From an uncultured virus (IMG/VR IMGVR_UViG_3300027736_000024) (taxonomy: Duplodnaviria > Heunggongvirae > Uroviricota > Caudoviricetes): 64,000 bases of DNA. Made by a program: the position numbers and the translations under genes. Shown here in pieces: positions 30,174-40,790 of this stretch (positions within the stretch are counted from its first letter, which is position 1; the number at the start of each line of letters is the position of its first letter). Under the pieces are notes generated by a model. The model did not search any database, was not told the origin of the DNA, and worked only from the letters and a program-made list of their open reading frames with translations. The DNA lies in IMG/VR virus record IMGVR_UViG_3300027736_000024, positions 1-64,000 of that record; one strand, written 5' to 3'.

Positions 30174-30659
30174 ATGCCTGTCCTCGATCCGAATGAGATA
30201 ATGTTTACGGCGTTTGAACCTACAGTATCAAATCGCTTTGTCATGTACATAGATGGTATTCCATCTTATATGATTAAAAAAGCTGATGCTCCTGGTGTTA
30301 CTTTAAACGAGATCAAAATAGATCATATTAATGTTTATCGTAAGATCAAAGGTAAAGCTGAGTGGAAAGACATGACTTTAGCACTTTATAACCCTATTTC
30401 TCCTTCTGGACAACAAGCTGTAATGGAATGGGTACGTCTTCACCATGAGTCAGTAACTGGTCGTGATGGTTACTCTGACTTTTATAAGAAAGACCTAAAC
30501 CTTTCTATCATCGGTCCAGTAGGTGATATTGTAAGTGAGTGGATTATTAAAGGTGCTTTCATTAAAGAAGCCTCTTTCGGAAGCTATGACTGGTCAACAT
30601 CTGATCCAACTGAATTAACTATCTCAATAGGAATGGATTATTGCGTTTTGAACTACTGA
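30174..30659 (+). CDS. gp19: Tail tube protein (gp19-like)
   Basis: NRFVMYIDG, KGKAEW..MTL.LY, VMEW, W.IKGAF; follows the sheath gene. Confidence 0.88.
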   Translation: MPVLDPNEIMFTAFEPTVSNRFVMYIDGIPSYMIKKADAPGVTLNEIKIDHINVYRKIKGKAEWKDMTLALYNPISPSGQQAVMEWVRLHHESVTGRDGYSDFYKKDLNLSIIGPVGDIVSEWIIKGAFIKEASFGSYDWSTSDPTELTISIGMDYCVLNY

Positions 30660-30710
30660 TATAATATTAAGTGTTTAACTACTAATAGAAAAAAACAAAT
30701 ATTTAAAAAG

Positions 30711-30735
30711 AAGCTCCTTACTAGGGGCTTTTTTT
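30711..30735 (+). terminator. Rho-independent terminator after the tail tube gene
   Basis: AAGCTCCT-TACT-AGGGGCTT followed by a T run. Confidence 0.8.
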
Positions 30736-30783
30736 ATTTTAAAAAACTAAATATTAGTATATTTATATATAAATACATAGTTT

Positions 30784-31545
30784 ATGTCAGAACAAAAGTT
30801 TACGATTCCAACAGAAATGATAGACCTACCTTCAAAAGGTCTAATTTACCCTAAAGAAAGTCCTCTATCATCAGGACAAATTGAAATGAAGTATATGACA
30901 GCAAGAGAAGAAGACATTCTTACGAATGTTAATCTACTTCGTCAAGGCCTTGCAATTGAAAAAATGCTTAAATCACTTATTAAGTCTCCTATTAATTATG
31001 ATGATCTCACTTTAGGTGATAGAAATGGTCTTCTTATTGCAGCTAGAATACTAGCTTATGGTAAAGACTACTCCTTTAAGTACAAGAACTCGAATACAGA
31101 CGAGGAAGAGACCGTGAATGTAGATCTTCAAGATCTTAAATATAAGGTCATGGATGAGTCCCTATTCAACAATAAGAATGAATTTGATTTTATCCTACCA
31201 TATTCAAAAAATACAGTTACATTTAAAGTACTTTCAGTAGCAGAAGACAAAAAAATTGATGAAGAGATTAAAGGTATGAAAAAAATGGTTGGTCAAGAAG
31301 CCGGCTTAATTTCTACTAGATTAAAACATCAGATCCTTTCTGTTAATGGAGATTATTCTACAAAAACAGTTCGAGATTTTGTTGATCAAGGATATCTCCT
31401 ATCCAGAGATGCAATAGAGCTTCGTAGACAGATTGAAAAGGTAACCCCTGATATTGATCTTAATATTACATTTCTTTTAAAGGATGGCACGGAGGTATCT
31501 TCAGGCCTTCCAATGACGGCTGAATTCTTTTTTCCCGGGGCATAG
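30784..31545 (+). CDS. T4 gp26-like baseplate hub assembly / tail assembly chaperone
   Basis: IDLPSKG, MKYMTAREEDIL, GDRNGLLIAARILAYG. Confidence 0.75.
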   Translation: MSEQKFTIPTEMIDLPSKGLIYPKESPLSSGQIEMKYMTAREEDILTNVNLLRQGLAIEKMLKSLIKSPINYDDLTLGDRNGLLIAARILAYGKDYSFKYKNSNTDEEETVNVDLQDLKYKVMDESLFNNKNEFDFILPYSKNTVTFKVLSVAEDKKIDEEIKGMKKMVGQEAGLISTRLKHQILSVNGDYSTKTVRDFVDQGYLLSRDAIELRRQIEKVTPDIDLNITFLLKDGTEVSSGLPMTAEFFFPGA

Positions 31546-31561
31546 TTATAGATCTCAATTC

Positions 31562-31819
31562 ATGACAGAAGTATTTGAACTCACCTACCATGGCGGTGGT
31601 GGCTTCACTTATTCTGAGGTCTGGAACATGGACATTCCTAAACGCCGATTTAATCTAAAGAAGATAAATGAATATCTTGAGAAGGTTGAAGAGATTCGTA
31701 ATGAGTCCAGACAGAAGATAACAGAGAAGACAGATCCCAATAAATTAAAGATCCCAGATTTTGTAAAATCTAAATCTGAAGAAAGTACCTTTGTTTCTAA
31801 AGTAAAAACAAAAAAGTAA
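31562..31819 (+). CDS. gp51-like short chaperone, possibly expressed as a frameshift fusion to the upstream ORF
   Basis: YSEVWNMDIPKRRF motif; its frame is open back to 31517, across TTCTTTTTTCCCGGGG. Confidence 0.6.
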   Translation: MTEVFELTYHGGGGFTYSEVWNMDIPKRRFNLKKINEYLEKVEEIRNESRQKITEKTDPNKLKIPDFVKSKSEESTFVSKVKTKK

Positions 31820-31846
31820 ATATTTATTTGTAGGTAATACTAATAA

Positions 31847-34156
31847 ATGGCAAACGACAATAAATCACAGCAGAATATTCAAGAGACGGCATCATCTTTA
31901 TCGACTGCTCAATCTGCTGCTGCGTCTAGTGTAACTGGCGCATATATTGCTACTAATAAAGAATTCAAAGAATCTATCAATTTACTCAATAAAATGAATA
32001 AATTAATAGACGATTCTGTATCAAAAACTCAAAGTTTTGAAAAGTCTACTATTAATATAAAAAGAATTGAGCAAGAAAGAGAAAGAATTCAAAGAAAACA
32101 ATTAAATTTAGAAGCCCAATTAAAAACCGTATCTGACGCTGATCAGCAAAAAGCATCGGAATATGTTAAAAAATTAGAAGATAGAAAAAAGTTAGAGGAA
32201 GAAATTATTAGAAAAAGATCATTAGGACAAAGAATAAGTACCGCGGCTTTACAAACTTTAGAAACAGAAATTACAGATATAGAAAAGATACTAACTGCTG
32301 AACAATTAACAGCAGTTGCAATTCAACAAAGTAATAAAGGATTAGAAGAAAGAATCAATCTTGTAAATGAAGAACTAAAAAAGGAAGAACAAATAAAAAA
32401 AGAGTTAGGTTTTATAGGCGGCGGTTTAAAACTGATGAATAAGTACTTACTATTCGGTAAAGACTTATACGGTAAAATGGTTGAAGAAGCGAGAGAGGGC
32501 GATAAAGCTACTAAGAATTGGGTAGCTACCGCAGCTTTATTAAGTGTTAGTTTATATGCTGCTGGAAAAGGAATACAAAAATTCGCAGAATATGGAAATA
32601 AAGGCATAGGAGCATTAACAGGTACTGGAGGTCCTATCTCTAAATTAGTTTCTCCATTTACTGAATTAATAAGTAAGATTCCTATTGTTGGAGGACTAAT
32701 TGGAGGCGTAGTTGATATGTTAGCTAATGTTGCAGATTATGCAACAGAAGCAGGATCACAAGTGCAACTATTCGCTAGAAATCTTTCAATGTCTGTTACC
32801 GATGCTACAAATTTAAATAAGCAGTATAGTAATACAGCACAGGCTTCAGGAGATTTATTATTTAATGCAAAAAAGTTTAGAGAAACTCAATTAGAAATTG
32901 CAGAAGCTACAGGCAGAAACAATTTACTATCAGATAAAAGTTTACAAACTCAGATACAATTAAAAGAGCTTGCAGGAATAGATCTTGAAACAAGAAAACA
33001 ACTTGTAGACACAGAAATTATTTCAGGCGTTCAACAAGATAAGATTGTTAAAGCTTCAATGGGGACTTCTAATTTTATACAAAAAACATTAGGAATTTCT
33101 ATAAAATGGCAAACTATACTTAAAGAAGCTTCTAGTTTATCAGGAGTTTTAGGATTATCTTTTGCAAAATATCCAGAAAAATTAACTAGATCTTTAGCTA
33201 CAGTTAAGTCAATGGGTCTAGAATTAAAACAATTAGATGGAATAGCAGATTCATTTTTAGATTTTGAATCGTCTATATCAAAAGAGTTTGAAGCTCAATT
33301 ATTAACAGGTAAAGATATTAATCTAGCTAAAGCTCGTGAAGCATTTTTAAATAACGATTTAGTAACTGCAGGGAAAGAGTTAGTGTCGCAATTAGGAACA
33401 TCGGGAGAGTTTTTAAGTTATAATAGAATACAACAAGAAGCTCTTGCTGGATCTGCTGGTATGACTAGAGATCAAGTTGCTGATATGTTAAAACAGCAAG
33501 AACTATTTTCTAGATTACAAGTTAATGATATTAAAGGATACCAACAAAAGGTATCTTTAATGACACAAACTATAGAAGGTCAAAAAGAGCTGGTTAGTTT
33601 ATTAGGTGAAGAAGAATATAGTAAAGTAATGAGTCAAACGGCTACTGAAAAAATAGCTAACTTTATAGAAAAAATAAAACAATCCTTTGCAGACTTATTA
33701 AGTAGTTCTAGTTTTAAAGGATTCTTAGATAAGGTACTAAATTTTATATCTGATCCTAAAAATATAGAGGCTTTTATGTCTAAAATAACAGGTTTTGTTT
33801 CTACTATGATTAGTGCTATTGCTGGTGTAGTTAATGCTTTAGATTATATATCATTTGGATCTATAGACAATAAAATAATTGATAATTTAAATTCATACGC
33901 TAGTGAAATAGGAGGATTAAAAATAGGCGCTTTAGCACCTGCAGGAGGAGTATCAGTAGAACAGAATCAAACAAAATCTAGTATAGCGGCAACTGCGGCT
34001 CCCGCTGTAGCAGTTGATAATATGAGTATGAGATCAAATAATAATGCATCTAAAGTTTATAACGTTATTATAGTAGATCCTATAACAGGAAAATCAGTAG
34101 AAAAGGTTATAGATCAAGCAACTTATGAAAAGTTTGGCGGAACAATGGGAAAATAA
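31847..34156 (+). CDS. Tape-measure-like protein
   Basis: 769 aa helical/coiled-coil protein with G/A-rich hydrophobic stretches, after tube and chaperones. Confidence 0.75.
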   Translation: MANDNKSQQNIQETASSLSTAQSAAASSVTGAYIATNKEFKESINLLNKMNKLIDDSVSKTQSFEKSTINIKRIEQERERIQRKQLNLEAQLKTVSDADQQKASEYVKKLEDRKKLEEEIIRKRSLGQRISTAALQTLETEITDIEKILTAEQLTAVAIQQSNKGLEERINLVNEELKKEEQIKKELGFIGGGLKLMNKYLLFGKDLYGKMVEEAREGDKATKNWVATAALLSVSLYAAGKGIQKFAEYGNKGIGALTGTGGPISKLVSPFTELISKIPIVGGLIGGVVDMLANVADYATEAGSQVQLFARNLSMSVTDATNLNKQYSNTAQASGDLLFNAKKFRETQLEIAEATGRNNLLSDKSLQTQIQLKELAGIDLETRKQLVDTEIISGVQQDKIVKASMGTSNFIQKTLGISIKWQTILKEASSLSGVLGLSFAKYPEKLTRSLATVKSMGLELKQLDGIADSFLDFESSISKEFEAQLLTGKDINLAKAREAFLNNDLVTAGKELVSQLGTSGEFLSYNRIQQEALAGSAGMTRDQVADMLKQQELFSRLQVNDIKGYQQKVSLMTQTIEGQKELVSLLGEEEYSKVMSQTATEKIANFIEKIKQSFADLLSSSSFKGFLDKVLNFISDPKNIEAFMSKITGFVSTMISAIAGVVNALDYISFGSIDNKIIDNLNSYASEIGGLKIGALAPAGGVSVEQNQTKSSIAATAAPAVAVDNMSMRSNNNASKVYNVIIVDPITGKSVEKVIDQATYEKFGGTMGK

Positions 34157-34164
34157 TAAATTAA

Positions 34165-36090
34165 ATGGCACTAATAGATTTAAGAACAAATTTAAAAAGT
34201 TTAAAATATGGGTCTGATAGACCTGGTGGTGGATCATCTGGCCAACCCTATATACAAACTAATATACCACCTACCAATTTAGTAACTCTAAATCCAGATA
34301 CTATTGGTGGAGCAGGAAATACAAATCCAATATACAGAATTAATTCTACTGGAGGTTTAGATTTTCCTATTAGAGGTGGAGCTATAAATTTTCAATTAGG
34401 AAATCAAACTTTTACACTATCTAGCCAAATAGATAAATCTAGAATAAAAAAATTTTTTGAAGATGCACCTAGAGGTAAAGCTTTTATAGATAAACAAGTA
34501 GGATTACAATTATCTAATCCTAAAATGGAAACAGGTAATACTCTAGTAGGATTTAATCAATCAAATCCTTTACCTGGATTATTAGAAAACACAAGGGTTT
34601 ATAATTTAGGTAAAAATACACTTGCACAAGTAGGAGTTCAAGGTACTGGTGTTCATGCAATAAGACACGGTATAATTCCTTTTAATCCATTCCAAAAAAA
34701 TTATTACGCTATAGTAGATGCACAAAATATAAATAATAGTGGAGCTACAAATAGATTACTAAATCTAACAGCATTAAAAATATCTACTGGTCCAACAGAA
34801 TTCAATGATGTAAGAAATATCCCAGATATTAATTTAATTAATACTCTTGGAATATCTCTAAACAGAAATCTTATATTTCAATATCTTGGAGGACCTGGAT
34901 CTACATATGGCGTTGGAGTAACAACTATTAAAAGAGCGGTAGATACAACTAGATTAAAATCTAGCAGAACTATGGTTTATGATCAATTAAGAATTCAAGA
35001 TATTAATAATATAACAGATGGAGTTGCTACTACTAATATACAAGATTTTAGAACTCAATTACAAGAATACGATCCTGAAAAAAATTGGTTAAAGCAAGAT
35101 AGCCTTGAATATAAATTCTTTATTGATAAAGAAGATAAGATGAATTTAATGGAGACTTTTTCATTTGAAAATAAAAAAGCTCCGTGGGATGATATAGATA
35201 ATAAAACTAATTCAAAAGATATAATAAAATTTGTATTTGAAGCAATCAGCAATGATAATACTAATAGTTCACAAGCAATATTTTTTAGGGCATTTTTAAC
35301 TGCTGGAATTACTGATAATAATTCAGCTCAATTAAATGCATTTAAATACATGGGTAGAGGAGAAAATTTTTATACATATCAAGGTTTTGATAGATCTATA
35401 AGTTTTTCATTTAGAATAGCTGTTGGATCTAAAAATGAATTAATGCCACTATACAGAAAATTAAATGCTTTAATGAATCAAGTTTATCCTGATTATAGTT
35501 CTAAACAAGGAATCATGAGAGCTCCTGTTGTTAGAATTACTATAGGAGATTATTTACATAGAGTTCCTGGATTTATAGAAAATGTAAATGTAACTATAGA
35601 TAATAACACTACTTGGGAAATTAATCCACAAGATTTAGAATATATTGGATTAAATGGAAACATAGCGCAACTTCCACAAGTTGTAGATGTATCTATATCG
35701 TTTAAACCTATTATGGATATACTTCCTAACAGAGGACAATTTAATTCTTCTTTAATAGTTAATAGCCCATTAAAACAAACAAATACTGAACAAACTAGTA
35801 TTCCTAGTCCTAATCCTGATGTTTCTGAAAATATGGATGCTATAGTATCTGGAACAGACACTGATGCAAATCAACAAGCGGCCAAAAAACTTAATATAAA
35901 TACTGGACAAACACCTCAGCAAGCTAAAAAAGCAAAAGCAAAAACAAAACCTATTGAAAATATGCCTCCAAAATTACCACAAACAAGAAAAAATGGTTGG
36001 ATGATTGCAGGTGGTGACGAATCATTAGCTGTGCCAGAAAAATATAATAAATTAAGTTTGATCTCAGGAGATTTATACTTTGAAAAATAA
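34165..36090 (+). CDS. Baseplate/tail-tube initiator-like protein
   Basis: FRAFL...YMGRGENFYTYQGFDRSISFSF, APVVRITIGD tube-like C-domain. Confidence 0.55.
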   Translation: MALIDLRTNLKSLKYGSDRPGGGSSGQPYIQTNIPPTNLVTLNPDTIGGAGNTNPIYRINSTGGLDFPIRGGAINFQLGNQTFTLSSQIDKSRIKKFFEDAPRGKAFIDKQVGLQLSNPKMETGNTLVGFNQSNPLPGLLENTRVYNLGKNTLAQVGVQGTGVHAIRHGIIPFNPFQKNYYAIVDAQNINNSGATNRLLNLTALKISTGPTEFNDVRNIPDINLINTLGISLNRNLIFQYLGGPGSTYGVGVTTIKRAVDTTRLKSSRTMVYDQLRIQDINNITDGVATTNIQDFRTQLQEYDPEKNWLKQDSLEYKFFIDKEDKMNLMETFSFENKKAPWDDIDNKTNSKDIIKFVFEAISNDNTNSSQAIFFRAFLTAGITDNNSAQLNAFKYMGRGENFYTYQGFDRSISFSFRIAVGSKNELMPLYRKLNALMNQVYPDYSSKQGIMRAPVVRITIGDYLHRVPGFIENVNVTIDNNTTWEINPQDLEYIGLNGNIAQLPQVVDVSISFKPIMDILPNRGQFNSSLIVNSPLKQTNTEQTSIPSPNPDVSENMDAIVSGTDTDANQQAAKKLNINTGQTPQQAKKAKAKTKPIENMPPKLPQTRKNGWMIAGGDESLAVPEKYNKLSLISGDLYFEK

Positions 36091-36099
36091 ATAATAAAA

Positions 36100-36408
36100 A
36101 TGGCATCAAGATATCAAAATATACAAATAACAAAATATCAAGATAAAGGAGATCAATATTACTTAAATAATATTTATCCAGAAATTCCGCTATCAGAAAA
36201 TGATAATTATGTTATAGCAACATTAGGAGATAGATTAGATTTATTAGCATTTGATTTTTATGGCGATACTAGTTTTTGGTGGGTCATAGCGTCTGCAAAT
36301 TCACTGCCAGGAGATTCTTTATATCTAGAGCCTGGAATACAATTGCGAATACCTAATGATATATCTGTAATATTAAATCAATATAAGTATACAAATTTAA
36401 CTAGATAA
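36100..36408 (+). CDS. Baseplate wedge LysM-like protein (gp53/tail X-like)
   Basis: GDRLDLLAFDFYGDTSFWWVIASAN..LRIP. Confidence 0.8.
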   Translation: MASRYQNIQITKYQDKGDQYYLNNIYPEIPLSENDNYVIATLGDRLDLLAFDFYGDTSFWWVIASANSLPGDSLYLEPGIQLRIPNDISVILNQYKYTNLTR

Positions 36409-36409
36409 T

Positions 36410-39400
36410 ATGGCAGGACTAGATAATAATATATCTAATATAATAGGAAAAAAACTGCCTCAATGGGTTTTAAATCAATTAGAAATAAGAGCAAATCAAA
36501 ATTCTAAAGACTCAAGAGACAATGATAATATTTTATATCTAGCAAATAAAACTGCTTGGGTAAGATTAGTATCTTCTGTTAATCTAAGTGAATCAGATCA
36601 GAAATATTTTAAAGGAATAGTAGGAGAATCTAGTATAACTAGTCCAGAATCTTTAGCAAAAGAATTTGTTCTTTTTGCAGGAACTTCTAAATATTTAGGA
36701 AAAAATTCTTATGGAATAAGATCTGGATTAGGTAAAGGCGGAGCTTACGGAATGTTAGGAGAAAAAGAAATTCAAGATTATGGTTATAGACCAATGCCAG
36801 GCATTACTAGTGTTAATATAGAAACTCAAGGGCGTTTAGGATCTGTTAGAGCTGCTACAATTAATTTTAAATGCTGGGATAAAAATCAATTAGATATATT
36901 AGATGCATTGTATTTTAAGCTTGGGTTTACTATGTTTTTAGAATGGGGACATACATTTTATTATCCTAATAATTCTAATAAAATAGAGACAACGGAAATA
37001 TATAGCATAGATCCTTTTGAAGAAAATTTAACAAAAGAAGAGATATCAATTCAGATAGCTAAAAATTCAAGAGATTCAGATGGTAATTATGATGCCATGC
37101 TTGGAATGGTTACTAATTTTAATTTTTCGTATAATCAAGAAGGGGGATTTGATTGTACTTTAAAACTTATGGCTTTAGGAGTTCTTGGAGACTCAATAAA
37201 AATTAATAATGCGGGAGTACTTCCTAATTTATTAAAAGAAGAAATATTATCGTATAATAATACGTTAAATACAATATCTCAAGATCTAGCAAAAAAAGCA
37301 GCTGCCGCAGCAAATATAGCTAATCTATCAAATCAGCCTCCAAAAATAGATAAATTAAAAGCTGATGACTTTTTTAATACATACATAAAACCTAATCCAA
37401 ATCCAGAATCAAACACAACGGCGGTTCCAACAAATGCTCCAGGTGGTGGTTATACAATAGAAACTAAAACACGTTTAAATTCTAAATATATTGGAGGAAA
37501 TATTAGTCTTAATGCTACAGATAATGAATCTTATAAAACAATAGATGCAACTTTTAATACTCCTGCATATGGTACTGTGTATTTTATAAGAAAGCAAAAA
37601 GGTTTTATTCCACTAAGAGAAGATTTAATTAAAAATGTAAAAGTTAGTTTAGATGCCCCTAGAATATTTAGTAAATTAGATAGCGTAGTTATAGGTGGTA
37701 TAAAAGGATATCAAGATCCTAGAGTTTGGGATATTCCTACCCAATATTTAGAGAGCACAAAAGATATAATACAAAAACCAATAACTAGTATTCAAAAGTT
37801 TTTTAGCGCATTAACTATACCTAATTTAGCGGTTACTGCTATTGATCTTTTTAGCGATGTTCTTAAATCTGATATAAAAACTGGAACAAGTGAATTAGAT
37901 AAAGCTAATGATATAGCAGTTTTAAAAGTGCCCTATAAAAGTACAAATGGATTTTCATATAATTTAAAAATACAAAGAAAATTATGGGCAATTTCTGATA
38001 GAACAGACATTGTAGGATCTTATGGAGCCGCAGCAGCCGGCAGGACATATACAAATAATGCATACTACTACATAACTACTGAAGAATTTGTAGAGCAACT
38101 TAAAGGAGTTTTAGAACTTGGAACAAATACTTTTGAAGTAAAAAATGCAGGTCAAAATACAACAGTAAAATTTACAATACCGTTTACTAGAGACTCAGCT
38201 ATTGAGGTTGCTGGAAGTGAAAAAATAAACGGAGACGGAAGTGTTACAAAAATTCCACAGACTGTAAAAAAAGAAAGTGTAATGTATCAATTATATGTAG
38301 AAATATCTGTAGATGATAGTTCATTAATAAGTGGCATTATAGTTTCTGATCCTAATATTATAGAACCTTTAGATTTTATATCTCAAAAAAAGCTAGTAGA
38401 TCAAGATCAAAAACAAGTTAATACAGAAGAAGAACAAAAGAAAGCGCAAGAAGCTATATCAACACAAATAACTCAAGCAATTAATTTACAATCTTCTTTA
38501 GAAATAACTCTAAGAACAATTCAAGTACATGCTTTAAATCAGGCTATTAATAAAGCCGGAAACGATTTAGAAATAGGTCGTAAAGTATATAAACTTGATA
38601 TGTTAGAATCATCTCAAAGATCATTTACAAATCAAATATTTACAAACGGAATATTTAGTCCATTTTTAAATGAATTATTATCTGAGCCTTCAAAAATAGA
38701 CGATTCTTTATATTCACAAAAAAATGGAAAAGAAAAAATAAATGTATTAGATAGACTTAAAATATATTCAAAATATGGTTTTGCTACAAGTTTATTAGGA
38801 AATAAAGCTACTATTGATACAATAGAACCTACTGATTTTAAACAGATATTAAATGCCTATGTAATACCGTATCAAATTAATCAAGAAATCATTAAAGGTG
38901 TTTCAACAAACCACCCAGTGTATATTCCTTTAAGTTTATTATTAATGATAGTAAATCACACATGCACTATTTATGATACAAAAAAATTAATTGATTTACA
39001 AACTCCTTTAGTTTATGTAGATTTTAATACAGAAATAAATTTCTTTTTAAGTAATAAAAAACAATTAACTACAAATCCTTGGGTTACGTTAATTCCATTT
39101 GAAGGAAGTAACTCTGATTTTGCTACATTGTTTGATCCAAATATATTACAAAACAAAGGTACTGAGATTAAACCAGTTTCAGGAAGTGTAGAAGTAATTA
39201 AATTATATAAACCAGAAACTGATGATCTACTTTCTGGAAATTTACCTTCTATTAAATTTGGAGATATTAAAATAAGTAATGTTTATAGAGGAAAAACTAT
39301 GAATATATTACTTAATATAGACTACTTAGTTAAGTTAGTTGAAGAATACAGTTTAAAAGATGGTACAAATAGTGTTTATTTAAAAACATTTTTAGAGAAA

Positions 39401-40780
39401 ATACTTTCAGATGTAAATAAGTACTTAGGTAATTTTAATGCTTTTAGATTAGCATATAATGATGCAGCAAATACTTTTCAAATAGTAGATGATCAATTTA
39501 TACCTGCACTATCTGGAGAAGATCAAGTTACACCGGATAATAGACCTACATCAAATACAGATAATAGAACCGGACTTCCTTTATATGGTAAAAAATCTAT
39601 AGCAAAATCATTAGAAATAAAAACAGAAATAAGTAGTAAATTAAGTAATTTAATTGCTATATCTGCTAATTCTAATGCAACTAATAAAGCAACACTATCA
39701 ACTAATGGTGATAATGTAGGATTTATAAATACATCATATGTAGATAGATATGTGCAAGATAGATTAGAAGTAAATCCGCCTAAAATAAATAGCGATAGTG
39801 GTTTAGATACAATAAAAACATCCGCTGCTCAATTTAATCAAACAATTAATGATTTTTATAGTAAAATTAATCCTTCTGAAAATTCAGTAGGACACGCAAC
39901 AAATTACTATATTGATAAAATGAGTAAAATAAAAAATAATGATTATGCTACTAGAGCATCTACTATGATACCTGTATCTGTTAATTTTAGTACTGATGGA
40001 ATTTCTGGTTTAGGAATGGGGCAAGCATTTACTATTCCTGATCAATTACTACCATATACTTATAGTGCTAGAAATTCTAAGGAAAATTTAGATACTAAAA
40101 AAGATTTCATAAATAAAGTAGGTTTTGTAATGGTTGGTCTTACACATACTATTGAAAGTAATCAATGGAATACAGCAGTAAGAGCGAATATGATATTCTT
40201 AAAAGATAAAACAGACTTCTCAGGTTCTGTAGAAAAATTACCTCCTAAAGATGAAGTATTTGGAGTAGATCAAAATATTTTCAATACTATTAATACTACG
40301 CCGCAAACAAATTTTGTTGCAGAAAATAATGAAGCTAAAAAATCAGCAGATGCATATATAGGAAGAACTTTAACTGCTGATGAATGGAATCAATTAATTA
40401 GGGCAACATTTGCAGAAGCATCTGGTAATCAAACAGAAAGGGCGTATGTAATGGGAGTAATATTAAATAGAGCTAGAACAAATTTTAGAAATTATGGTAG
40501 AAATATTACAGATCAATTAACTGCGGTAAATCAATTTCAAGCCGTTACCGGTACTAAATATGAACCCGGACCCTCAGTTAATTATAGAACAGGACCTAAT
40601 AAAACATCATCAGATAGTATATATGGTGCTGCTGTAAATATATTAGCAGAAGTTCCAAAAAATTATTTATCATTTACGTCGGCTCTTCCTAGTGCCTATG
40701 GAAAAGGTACAGACATAGGATACATACAAGTTCTTTTAAATAAAGGCGGAAAACGAATAGGAGACACAATATTCGCATAA
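36410..40780 (+). CDS. Large baseplate hub protein with C-terminal SleB-like cell-wall hydrolase
   Basis: 1456 aa; RPMPGITS, LEWGH hub-like N-terminus; C-terminal ATFAEA..VMGVILNR..NQFQ. Confidence 0.7.
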   Translation: MAGLDNNISNIIGKKLPQWVLNQLEIRANQNSKDSRDNDNILYLANKTAWVRLVSSVNLSESDQKYFKGIVGESSITSPESLAKEFVLFAGTSKYLGKNSYGIRSGLGKGGAYGMLGEKEIQDYGYRPMPGITSVNIETQGRLGSVRAATINFKCWDKNQLDILDALYFKLGFTMFLEWGHTFYYPNNSNKIETTEIYSIDPFEENLTKEEISIQIAKNSRDSDGNYDAMLGMVTNFNFSYNQEGGFDCTLKLMALGVLGDSIKINNAGVLPNLLKEEILSYNNTLNTISQDLAKKAAAAANIANLSNQPPKIDKLKADDFFNTYIKPNPNPESNTTAVPTNAPGGGYTIETKTRLNSKYIGGNISLNATDNESYKTIDATFNTPAYGTVYFIRKQKGFIPLREDLIKNVKVSLDAPRIFSKLDSVVIGGIKGYQDPRVWDIPTQYLESTKDIIQKPITSIQKFFSALTIPNLAVTAIDLFSDVLKSDIKTGTSELDKANDIAVLKVPYKSTNGFSYNLKIQRKLWAISDRTDIVGSYGAAAAGRTYTNNAYYYITTEEFVEQLKGVLELGTNTFEVKNAGQNTTVKFTIPFTRDSAIEVAGSEKINGDGSVTKIPQTVKKESVMYQLYVEISVDDSSLISGIIVSDPNIIEPLDFISQKKLVDQDQKQVNTEEEQKKAQEAISTQITQAINLQSSLEITLRTIQVHALNQAINKAGNDLEIGRKVYKLDMLESSQRSFTNQIFTNGIFSPFLNELLSEPSKIDDSLYSQKNGKEKINVLDRLKIYSKYGFATSLLGNKATIDTIEPTDFKQILNAYVIPYQINQEIIKGVSTNHPVYIPLSLLLMIVNHTCTIYDTKKLIDLQTPLVYVDFNTEINFFLSNKKQLTTNPWVTLIPFEGSNSDFATLFDPNILQNKGTEIKPVSGSVEVIKLYKPETDDLLSGNLPSIKFGDIKISNVYRGKTMNILLNIDYLVKLVEEYSLKDGTNSVYLKTFLEKILSDVNKYLGNFNAFRLAYNDAANTFQIVDDQFIPALSGEDQVTPDNRPTSNTDNRTGLPLYGKKSIAKSLEIKTEISSKLSNLIAISANSNATNKATLSTNGDNVGFINTSYVDRYVQDRLEVNPPKINSDSGLDTIKTSAAQFNQTINDFYSKINPSENSVGHATNYYIDKMSKIKNNDYATRASTMIPVSVNFSTDGISGLGMGQAFTIPDQLLPYTYSARNSKENLDTKKDFINKVGFVMVGLTHTIESNQWNTAVRANMIFLKDKTDFSGSVEKLPPKDEVFGVDQNIFNTINTTPQTNFVAENNEAKKSADAYIGRTLTADEWNQLIRATFAEASGNQTERAYVMGVILNRARTNFRNYGRNITDQLTAVNQFQAVTGTKYEPGPSVNYRTGPNKTSSDSIYGAAVNILAEVPKNYLSFTSALPSAYGKGTDIGYIQVLLNKGGKRIGDTIFA

Positions 40781-40790
40781 ATAAAAATAT

